A stretch of DNA of 64,000 nt from Saprolegnia diclina VS20 (Eukaryota), in NCBI RefSeq assembly GCF_000281045.1, contig NW_008246104.1, positions 98,557 to 162,556 on the forward strand, given 5' to 3'. A model generated the notes under the pieces. It did no database searches. It had not been told where the DNA came from and saw only the letters and a list, made by a program, of their open reading frames with translations. The translations under genes and the position numbers were made by a program. Below, piece by piece: positions 26,070-35,999 of the stretch. How positions within the stretch are numbered: the stretch's first letter is position 1; each line of letters begins with the position of its first letter.

Positions 26070-28192
26070 ATGCCTGGAGCGTCGTCCGCGATCCTCAAGG
26101 GCCTGCGCTGCCTGGTAGACGTTCACATGATCACGGGCGATACGGACGTCGACTGCTCCGGCGAGGTCGGGCGCAAGCTCACGGACCTCGGCGCGCGCGT
26201 CGTCAAGCGGCTCGGGAAGGAGACGACGCACGTCGTGTGGCTCAACGGCAAACGCGCGGTGCGGGACGCCACGCTCAAGCGCACGGACGTGATCCTCGTC
26301 GGACCGCTCTGGGTCGAAGCGTGCGCCAAGACCGCCTCGCGCGTTCCCGAAGCCAAGTTCTTTCCGGCCGAGCCGCCGTCGGCCGGCGCGCTCAAGGCCA
26401 AGAATCGGCGCCGCAGCAGCATGATGGAGCCGCGCGCCGAAGATGTCTTTGACGAGTCTACGATGACACCGCGAAAGAAGAAGCGAGAGGTGAGATGCAT
26501 GGCGGTGGGATCGCCATGACACATATGGAGCGTAGAGCCTCGAGGTCGTGACGCCGTCCTATATGCTCCAACCGCAGAGCACGCAGAAGCGCAAGCAGCT
26601 CCAGCTCAGTCGGGATGACCCGCTCTCGGACGGTGCGTTTTATTCTCTATGATTGCCACCTCCGAACGACGGTCCATCGTAGACGACGACCTCATGGGCA
26701 CCGTGACGGAAGAAGTGGTCGACGAGCCGCCGCTGAAGCGGGCTCGCGTGCAGCCCAAGGTACCGTCGTTTACGCAGTCGACATTTTCTGATATTGAGCT
26801 GCGAAGGTCAACGTGTGGGCGTGCTCCAAGTGCACGTTTGAGAACCCGACGAACGCGCCGCACTGCGGGATCTGCGGCGCAAAGCACGAGGCAGTCGCCG
26901 CCACAGCGACAAAGCCCTCAAGCTCCGCGACGCCGCTTAGCGAGCTCAAGGAGTCCCTCTCCAAGGTCACACTCAAGACCAAAACGAGAAGCTCGACCAC
27001 GATCACTCGCTCGACGACGCCGGCCGCGGTAAAGATAACCGCCAGCAAGACCGCCGCCGCCAGCAAGACCACAGCTGCGAGCAAGAACTCAACCAAGATG
27101 GTGCCCAAGGCGGCACCAACTGTCTCCAAGAAGCCCGCGACGAAGAAGACGACAACCAAATCCTCCACCGCCGACGCGACGTCTTCGTCGCAGCCAAGCC
27201 AAACCAAGACAAAGGCCAAGACTCCTGCACCGACGACCACCAAAGGAAAAGCCAAGGTGTCGGCGACCGAACCAGAGGCAAAGGCCAAAACCAAGCTCAC
27301 TCCGGCCCCAGCGGCATCTACGACAGCCGCTGGCAAAGGCAAGACCGCCAAAACAGTCAAGCCTGCAACCGCCAAGGCCAAGCCTACCGCTGCAAAGACC
27401 AAGCCTACCGCGGCCAAGACCACGACCAAGAAGACGATCAAGGCATCGCAAGAAAAGACCGAGGTACGGACGATAGTAGAGGACACCTACCTCAATTCCG
27501 TAGACCCGTCCGAAGCGGTTTTTCGTCGCCATCAGCGGCGCGGACGAAGCATCGCGGCAGATGCTCGTCTCGACGATCGCGGCCATTGACGCCAAGTGCC
27601 CCAACCAGCTCACGACCCGCATCGTCGACGCCAACGTGGCGATGACGCACGTCATTGCAACCGACGCGTCCAAGCGCACGATGAAGGTGCTCTTTGGCAT
27701 TGCCCGCGGCGCCTACATCGTCTCGGACGCGTGGGTGTTTGCGTCGCTCGAAGCTGGCATGTGGCTGCCCGAGGGCGACTACCTCCTCGAGCCGTACAAC
27801 CAGCGCGCAGAGGCGACGAAAACGCACGCCGGGATCCTCGACGACATCCTCTTTAGCATTGCAACTGCCGCCGGTCGCATGGAACCGCCCAAGGAGACGC
27901 TGCATAGCCTCATCACGGCCGCCGGTGGCAAGGTGGCGTATGCGACTCTGTCCTCGGTATTGAGGATACCTCTTTCTTAGGTCTGCAACAACGTCTCGCA
28001 AGCGCAGTACTGCATCTGCCACGAGCCCAATCGACGGGCGATGCAGGCCAACGTGGCGTGCGTGACGCCCAAAGTACCCTTCTTCTCGTCCTCGTATGTA
28101 CTCACATGCACCCTGTCTAGTGGCTCTTTGATAGCATCGCAGCCTCTTGCCTCCAGGACGTTGCGCAGTATTCGCCGGGCGGCGCGTACTAG
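26070..28192 (+). CDS. Multi-BRCT protein (microcephalin-like layout) with RanBP2-type zinc finger
   Basis: N-terminal BRCT (LGARVVKRLGKETTHVVW...VGPLWVEAC), WACSKCTFEN...HCGICG, and an A/K/T-rich linker. Tandem C-terminal BRCTs (THVI...RTMKVLFGIARGAYIVSDAWV; LITAAGG...VTPKWLFDSI). Last exon is 28121-28192. Confidence 0.85.
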
Positions 28193-28230
28193 TATTTTAA
28201 ATATACACCGAAAGCAAGGCTCGCTAGGCT

Positions 28231-28755
28231 CTAGAGTGCGGACGAGACGCCGCGTGGCGAGTAGGGCACTACCGGTACAAAGGTCGACCAGTCGAAGCTC
28301 GCCGCATGTGCACTCGGGTACGGTTCTGGGCCGCACGCCGAGGCAGGCAGTAAGATCTGATGCTCGTCCAAGGCGCAGCATGCACAGTACGACGCAGCGT
28401 GGTGGTCGTAAGGTCGTGGCTCGACCAATGACGCCGGTACAAACTCCAAGCCCTCGAAGCTCGGGCGTTCGCGCGGCGAGAGAGTAAAGTACGAGGCGGG
28501 AACAAAGTTGTGCTGTAGGTCGGGCTCTGGGCGGTCGTGAGAGCCGATCGCGACGTGCGCTGATGCCGGTATCCTCGGCTCGCGCTTCACGTCCTTGCAT
28601 GCATCGCAGCGTTGGCCTTCAGCATCCGAGCAGTGGCAAGGAGAAGGATTTCTCCCAGCGCCACCCAGAGCAAGCGGCGACGTGGTCGAAGGAGCTTGGG
28701 CCTCGTTGATGCTCAGGCGGGCACTGATGCGCTCGGCAACCACTGTGGACGTCAT
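28231..28755 (-). CDS. Hypothetical 174 aa protein with Cys clusters and repeated FVPAS motifs
   Basis: Uninterrupted ATG-initiated ORF convergent with the BRCT gene. No recognisable domain. Confidence 0.4.
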   Translation of the reverse strand: MTSTVVAERISARLSINEAQAPSTTSPLALGGAGRNPSPCHCSDAEGQRCDACKDVKREPRIPASAHVAIGSHDRPEPDLQHNFVPASYFTLSPRERPSFEGLEFVPASLVEPRPYDHHAASYCACCALDEHQILLPASACGPEPYPSAHAASFDWSTFVPVVPYSPRGVSSAL

Positions 28756-28981
28756 TGCAAACTGGACCAAATAGTGTGAATACGGTCGTCACGCAATGTG
28801 ATTGGCTGTTTCAAACGGATATGCTTCTCTTGATGTTTGTATTGCATACATATTCAAAGAGATGGGCCGTTTCGAGGCGCGAAAGTGTTGCAATCTTCGC
28901 GCGACCAACAACACAACACTCCGAGTAACGTTACCGGTGCAAAGACGCACTTGCATTATAACATCGCGTTTGTCGCTGCAC

Positions 28982-30086
28982 TCAGCAACCCGACGGGACC
29001 AAGTGCTTCTCGAACGTCGCCCAGCAGTGCTCCCATGACCACACTTCGCTGGCCGTCGCCACCGCCGCTCGGTCNNNNNNNNNNNNNNNNNNNNNNNNNN
29101 NNNNNNNNNNNNNNNNNNNNNNNNNNNNNNNNNNNNNNNNNNNNNNNNNNNNNNNNNNNNNNNNNNNNNNNNNNNNNNNNNNNNNNNNNNNNNNNNNNNN
29201 NNNNNNNNNNNNNNNNNNNNNNNNNNNNNNNNNNNNNNNNNNNNNNNNNNNNNNNNNNNNNNNNNNNNNNNNNNNNNNNNNNNNNNNNNNNNNNNNNNNN
29301 NNNNNNNNNNNNNNNNNNNNNNNNNNNNNNNNNNNNNNNNNNNNNNNNNNNNNNNNNNNNNNNNNNNNNNNNNNNNNNNNNNNNNNNNNNNNNNNNNNNN
29401 NNNNNNNNNNNNNNNNNNNNNNNNNNNNNNNNNNNNNNNACGCGGCCAACGCTCAGCAGGATCGGTCCGTGGGCGGTTGTCGTCTCGCGTGCTCGGCGTA
29501 TGGTCGGGCGAAAGAGGCGTCGGTCGACACCAAATGGCATGGTGGCAATCGGCACTTGCAGGCCGTAGGAGGCGAGGGCGTGTGCCATCGCTGGCGTTGT
29601 CGTAAGCACGCAGTGGGACGCGCGGTGGCACCAGCGGACGTACGCCTGAACGACGTAGTTGCAGAGGGACTCCGGAAGACCCGAAAGCGCAGCCGTGTAC
29701 TCGGGAAGACGCGTATGGTACGCACTATTGAAGGCCAAGTTGTTCCACATGCAATAGAGGGCGGCCGCGACTCCGAGCGGCCCCTCGGTCACGATGTGGA
29801 TGTAGCTGGGTTTGGCGGCGCGTATCTTGGCGCCAATCGTCGCTGGCCAAGAGAGTTTGAACTCAGGGTAGAGCGGACAGCTTCGGTGTGGGAACTGCGT
29901 GGGGTCGAGGTGCACGACGTCGTAGCCAGCGCCAATCGCGGCGGCTTCGAGGCTGCGCATGACTGTCATGATGCCGTTCACTGCCGTCGGAAGACTGTCG
30001 TTGACGAGCAAGAGCACGGGCCTCTTCTGCGGGGTGAAGCTTGGCTGCAGTGACCAGGACGCGGTCTCAAGGCGTTGCGGCGCCAT
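28982..30086 (-). CDS. GT4 glycosyltransferase, copy 1 (Agt/PimA-like), interrupted by an assembly gap
   Basis: LVNDSLPTAVNG, CPLYPEFKLS, IHIVTEGPLG, SAYHTRLPEY, FGVD and LLSVGR, then the gap, then WSWEHCWATFEKHL. Start may instead be at 30197. Confidence 0.85.
29075..29439. other. Assembly gap (365 N) within GT4 copy 1
   Basis: N run. Both flanks match GT4 copy 2, where the equivalent interval is 349 bp. Confidence 0.99.
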
Positions 30087-31291
30087 GTACGTTCTCAAAT
30101 GCCAAGTGCCAACTGCTACGTAGTGCACGCCAACGGGGAAAGGCGTTCGTTTCAGCGCTGCACCATCACGTCCTCCGTAATGATTTGTTGGCGCCATCTT
30201 CGCCCAGAGTGGCACTACACAGTCCTGCGTCACGACAGCGCGTTTGCAAAAAAGGTGCTTCGCATTGGTAGAGGTCGTTGCTCATGAGAATGGAGTGCGT
30301 TCACTTGGATCACCGCGTCACCGGTGCACGTACCGATGGTGCGCGCGTCTTGCACATCTCTCCAAAGTGGCGCCATCGGGGACCCAAGCCATGCTATTGG
30401 GGTGGAGCTGCGTCAGCCGATCATCTTAGTATGCAATAAACTTTCGATTTGCGAACCAAGAGCGATAGACCGATGGTGACCGACCCCATTTTTTCATTTC
30501 GGCGCTTTCTCCTCGCCATTTTGACGACGGAGGTCCTCGACGACATAGCTTGGCAAAGGGCACACGTGGGTCGTTGATCGCGCTGATGCGAGGACTGCTC
30601 GGGCCAGAAAGGCCCACTTACGCTTCGACTTCCGATGCAAGCCAGTGTCTCGTGGTGCAAACCGCAATCGTTGTTGACCTGCTTGTCGTCCCATGCATGT
30701 ACTTGCACTCTCTGCGGGCGCCTATTCTCGTCGCTTAGCGTAAGAGCTCATGGATCGAAGAGACGAGATCGGTAAGCGATAGAGAATGCATGACCCAGCA
30801 CACTTTGCACTCTGTGGTCAGCGGAGCGAGGAGCGGACGACAGGTGAGTCCAGCGGGGCAAGCCAAGAATGGAAGGGAATCCTTTCGGTCTATAGTGACC
30901 ACGTAACTGGCGGGGAATGCGTGCGACCGATCGGTGCAATCTCGCATCGGCTTGCGGAGCATATTAGCAGAGCTAACTGTAGCTGCCAACTCCGAACAAA
31001 AGCCACTTGCGCTAAGGCCAGAGACGGGAGTTTTGCAGGCGGTGACCACCAGCCTTGTGGTTGGCACACCCGTCCGTTTTGACGTCGTTAAGCGCGTCGA
31101 GTGGTGCACTTCTGCCCCTAGCGGGTTGCTCAGTATACCCGTATCCACCTGCACGTCTTTCGATGCCGATTGTGATCTTGCAGCCAACACGAAAATTACG
31201 AAACGTGGAGGGACCCACGGGAACACATGCAAAACGTAGTGGACTGGTTTACATACTGAATACACATCAATCAACAACTGCTCAACGCTTT

Positions 31292-32560
31292 CTACTCCGA
31301 AAGGTTCGATCGCACCAAGTGCTTCTCAAACGTCGCCCAGCAGTGCTCCCACGACCACACTTCGCTGGCCGTCGCCACCGCCGCTCGGTCCAAACCCAAG
31401 CAAACGTCGATGCTGGCGCGAAGGTCCTCGCTCAAATGGCCCGTGACGCCACACTCGATCGCGTCCAACGGTCCCGGCACCGGGAACGCAGCGACCGGTG
31501 TACCGCACGCCAAGCTCTCGATCATGACGAGGCCAAACGTGTCGGTGCGACTCGTAAAGACGAGGACGTCGGCGTTGGCATAGTACTCGGCGAGCGCTTC
31601 GCCAGTCTGCAGACCCACAAATTGGATCTCGGGGTACCGCGCCTCGAGTTCACTGCGGTACGGACCGTCGCCAACGACAATCTTGGTTGCGCCGGGGTAG
31701 TCGAGGTCGCAGAAGGCGTCGAGGCCCTTCTCTTTACTGACGCGGCCAACGCTCAGCAGGATCGGTCCGTGGGCGGTTGTCGTCTCGCGTGCTCGGCGTA
31801 TGGTCGGGCGAAAGAGGCGTCGGTCGACACCAAACTTCATGGGCTGGATCAGGCTTTTAAAGCCGCGCCGACGCAGCTCATGCACCATGGTATCAGTCGT
31901 GGTGAGCACAGCGGCCGAGTTGCGGTGGAACCAGCGAAGGTACGCGTACCCAATCGCTTCCGGGACGCCAAAGACGACCTCCATGTACTCGGGAATGCGC
32001 GTGTGGTACGCACTGTTGTACGGAATCCGGTTCAAGTCGCAGTAGAGTCGTGTCGCGAGACCCAGCGGGCCTTCGGTGGCAATGTGAATAAAGTCAGGTC
32101 GATGGCTCCGGAGCTTGGATACCAGGCGGAAGGGCAGCGAGAGCTTGATGTCCGGGTACCCCGGGCAGTCGATGTGCGGGAACTGCGACGGGTTCAAGTA
32201 CGAGACGCTGTACGCAGACGCGTGGCGCTCCATATTGGCAAGGAACGTCACAACGCCGTTGACGTTGGTCGGGAGGTTGTCGTTGACGATCAAGATCGAC
32301 GGCTTGGTGGGCGATAGTAAAACGAGACCTGGTCCGGCGTCGGTGGTCCACAGAGGCGGCACGTCGTTATCGAGACTCAGCGTCGTATGCAGCGCGCCAA
32401 GACCGAGCACCGCAAGGAGCATTTTCGTTCGAAGTGCATCACGAGGCGCGGGCTCGAGCGTGTGCTGGGGGTGGACCAGCAGCCAACGGTCGCTGTGCAT
32501 TGCGTGCTCCAAGCGCCGCAGCGCGTGGCGCTGGCCGTGCGTGTGGAGGCGACGGAGCAT
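31292..32560 (-). CDS. GT4 glycosyltransferase, copy 2 (Agt/PimA-like), intronless 422 aa
   Basis: NVNGVV, HIATEGPLG, YHTRIPEY, VGRVSKEKGL, VGDGP and SRTDTFGLVMIESLACGTPVAAFPVPGP. N-terminal Arg-rich leader followed by a hydrophobic segment. Confidence 0.93.
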   Translation of the reverse strand: MLRRLHTHGQRHALRRLEHAMHSDRWLLVHPQHTLEPAPRDALRTKMLLAVLGLGALHTTLSLDNDVPPLWTTDAGPGLVLLSPTKPSILIVNDNLPTNVNGVVTFLANMERHASAYSVSYLNPSQFPHIDCPGYPDIKLSLPFRLVSKLRSHRPDFIHIATEGPLGLATRLYCDLNRIPYNSAYHTRIPEYMEVVFGVPEAIGYAYLRWFHRNSAAVLTTTDTMVHELRRRGFKSLIQPMKFGVDRRLFRPTIRRARETTTAHGPILLSVGRVSKEKGLDAFCDLDYPGATKIVVGDGPYRSELEARYPEIQFVGLQTGEALAEYYANADVLVFTSRTDTFGLVMIESLACGTPVAAFPVPGPLDAIECGVTGHLSEDLRASIDVCLGLDRAAVATASEVWSWEHCWATFEKHLVRSNLSE

Positions 32561-33239
32561 CCTGGCGAGTGCGTCGCATCGGCGGCGGCTGAAGCGACTG
32601 CAGTTTCACGCGAGATTCGCTGCCGTGGCGCCACGTACTGCGAATGAATCTTGCGTTTATGGAATCGAACCACCAAGATTCATAGTACAGCAGCGGTTTG
32701 TTACTGTCCTCAAATAGTATTTTCCGAAATTAAGATAGGCTTTGCGATGGAGCAGCTCGCAACGAAATGCTTGCTTCAACTACGCACGCTTGCCCTAGAT
32801 TCTGGGCCTGCTTCGGAAGCAAAGGTCTTGGAGATCCCGTTCCGATGTCGGTTCTTTCTGTCAAGATATTTGAATGAGAAGCGACTGAGAAGCGCGTCAG
32901 GCCAGAAACTCGTACAGTGCGATCGCGAGAGGACAGCAGGGTCGCTTTGTGTTGACGACGAAGGCGACCATACCGGTTGGCATTCAGATACGAGCCGCCA
33001 CGGTCCGAGACATGCGGCGGACGATGAGCTGGCGCAAGCACGGTACGTCTTGTTCCGCCGCCACGGCGATGGCAGCGCCAATCGGCGGTAGCGCTTTTAT
33101 CACAGCCGTGTTCGTTCTGTCGCCTCAGTGCACCCGGCTTGTAAATCCAGCCAATCACACATCGCCGTCGACTAAAATCCAGCCAATGAGAAGCCACGTT
33201 CGAGGATCTTGACCACGCCAGTGGAGCTCAGTTTTCAAA

Positions 33240-33551
33240 ATGACCAAGTCCCTCCAAGCCCCGCCTTCGACGATCCAGATCGGCGACATTAGCTGCCCCG
33301 TTGTCCACTCGCCGACGGCTGCGGCCCTTCCGAGCACGAACCACTGCATCTTGTGCGGCCTCGGTCCGTTCAAGCCCGACGACCTCGCGTCGCATTTTCC
33401 TACCTGCTTTGACTCGTTCTGTCCGATCGGACGACCGGGCGCGGCGCCGCTCGTCGACCACCGTCAACAGCCCCCCGCGCCCCCGCGCCATGCGTACGCC
33501 TACCTCAACACGTTTGCGGGGTCGCGTATGCCCGACATCTTCTCGCACTGA
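33240..33551 (+). CDS. Small C2HC zinc-finger protein, 103 aa
   Basis: C-x2-C-x12-H-x3-C (CILCGLGPFKPDDLASHFPTC). CCAAT boxes upstream and good codon bias. Confidence 0.65.
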   Translation: MTKSLQAPPSTIQIGDISCPVVHSPTAAALPSTNHCILCGLGPFKPDDLASHFPTCFDSFCPIGRPGAAPLVDHRQQPPAPPRHAYAYLNTFAGSRMPDIFSH

Positions 33552-33619
33552 GCCGACCTGTCCTTGTATTTGTATATACGAGACGTTTTTGCTTTGTAAA
33601 CACCATCAATGGTAGTCAT

Positions 33620-34775
33620 TCATGTCGTTGACGTTGTCTTGGGGTGCGCCGCGACGATGCGATCTAGAGGTGTTCCCAAAGGGTATGAAATACACTAGCA
33701 TGTCGCACGTACGGGCGAGGACGGCAGCGCCAAAACCGTTGTCGATGTTGACCACGCCGACGCCCGGCGAGCACGCGTTGAGCATGGTTAGTAGCGGCGC
33801 CAGACCCGCAAATGCCGCGCCATACCTAATCATATTCCTTGAGAATTCAAGAAGGATACATGTTGCAGGTGCACCCGACGCTGGTGGGCACGGCGATGAT
33901 CGGCTTGGTCGTCAGCCCTCCCTACGACAAGAAAACTTACTCTTCCGGCCATGTTGGATTGGACCAGATGACGTACGACGACACCCGGAAGGGCGCCATC
34001 CATGCCGGCCACGACGATGATGACGTCGCCGTCCTCGACCGCGCGGCGGTGGCGCAAGAGGCGGTGCAAGCCGGCTACGCCCACGTCATAGATGCGCCGC
34101 ACGTCGAGCCCCGCGAGCTCTGTGCATGCATATCGTTGGTGGGCAGACGTGATGAGGATGATGTACCTAGCGTCACGGCTGCCTCCTCGGCGACGGGCAA
34201 GTCAGATGTTCCGGCGCACAAGACGCATACGATCTAACTTGGAAGAGGTCGCATCTGTCCGCCTACGATCTTAGCGACGACCTTGTTGAGAGGCGGGCGG
34301 GTCGCCTCGATGGGCTTGGCCAAAATGCGAGCGACCGCGTTGTATTCGAGGCTCTTCAAGACAAGACATGAGCATGAATGGAAGAGAGACGGCGGTACCT
34401 CGAGGCCGGGCTCAGAAAGGACGTCGGCGGCCATCGAAGCACTCACGCGCGTGGCCATGACCACGTCCGTGGACTTTTGCATCGCTCGGAGGATCGAAGC
34501 GACTTGGGAAGACGTTTTGCCCTCGGCGTAAACGACTTCAGGAAATCCCGTTCGCGCCGAACGCTGCCCGTCGAGCTTGGCAAAGGCCTCGAGCACATCG
34601 TACTCGACGTGTCGCCACTGCACCATCGCGTCGTCCGCCGACATCTGCTCGCTTTTGTTGGCGCCGCCATAATCATTGGCAAACTACGTACCTCTTGAGC
34701 CGCCACCGAGGCGAAGAGCGTGTGGAGCGCGCTCGTTGCGGCGTCCGTCGTGAAGCACCGGCGCAGCTTGAGCAT
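33620..34775 (-). CDS. larB: Nickel-pincer nucleotide cofactor biosynthesis protein LarB (PurE/AIR-carboxylase family), about 8 exons
   Basis: [77 protein letters not shown] and [21 protein letters not shown]. Intron 1 is 34645-34691. Confidence 0.92.
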
Positions 34776-35999
34776 ATCTTGGATGCAAATGCCAATTCGC
34801 CAATCAGAGGCAAGTTGAAGTCTAGCCACACGCAACTGAAGTGGCTTGCGGGAAGCATGCAATACGTCTATGCAATACTTAGACTTAGCGTCTTAGCAGT
34901 CTACTAGGTAGTAGTTCTGACGTGTAGCCATTTAGTGCGAAAAGACCATGGTCGTTTATGCTCAAAGGCAAAAGCTTAGCATGCTCTCGACCCAAATAAC
35001 ATAATTCTAGGTCGTCTCTCCACCCTGCCCGCAACTCTATCGGCAGTTTGACTGTGAGGGTTGGGTTTCAATTGCAGGCCAGCGACATCGTCAATAGCCC
35101 TCGTGGAGCAATGACGAACATAATACAACATATGTGCCAGGGAGCGACCAGTATTCTCAGTCGTTATCATTCCTACGCGTGTGTACAAGCTGTCTTACGC
35201 CGCGAAAGTCGAGGTTTCGGTTTCGCGTTGCTGCCCGTGCCAACCACTCGTTGCGATCTTGTTTCGCTCGGCTGCGGTGATCCAGGACAACAAAACTGTC
35301 TATTTTGGCTTTAGCATGGACGAACACTCTGCAGCGGCCCGCCATGTGACGACCCTGGCAAAAACGAGATTTGAGGCGCGCTACTACCCCCACCAAAGTC
35401 GACAGTGACGCATCGTGGGGTTCCACGCGTAGCATGAGAGACAGTTGAGAGATGCAAAGGCGCAAGCATCGCAAACCACTCACTGGGCGAAAGATCCGCA
35501 CCCAGGCGGCAGGCACAGGGTAAATGGACCTCCGAGCCATCTTGCACGCTCGAAATCTGTTCTAGAATTCTAACGTTGGACTATTTTTTGCGCCAATCTC
35601 ACGAGTTCATGCGTCCCAAGTGATTTTTTGCGTTGCCCTCGACTCTTCCCTGCATACCGGTATGTCCGTCCTTCATTTTGCGGACTTTTGATGTGACTAT
35701 TGATGGATAGGGTTCGGTTTGTCAGTTGTCATCTGAAGGCAAATCGAAATGGAATCAAACGTCCATGCGGCAGTGAATACTACGGAAGAGGGCAGGGCTG
35801 GGAAGAATTTGCACCAACTTGGTACTTTTGACAATGAGGCTGGCGCCACGTCTTGATGATACGTGTACCCGAGAAAGTCGATCACGTCGACGTGCTTTCG
35901 ATTCCACGACGGGTGTATCGACAGGCAACAATACAGACCAAGCGCATTAGATGATAGACGCTATGGTGCAATGCAGAATATGTGGCAGAGTCAAGGCGT

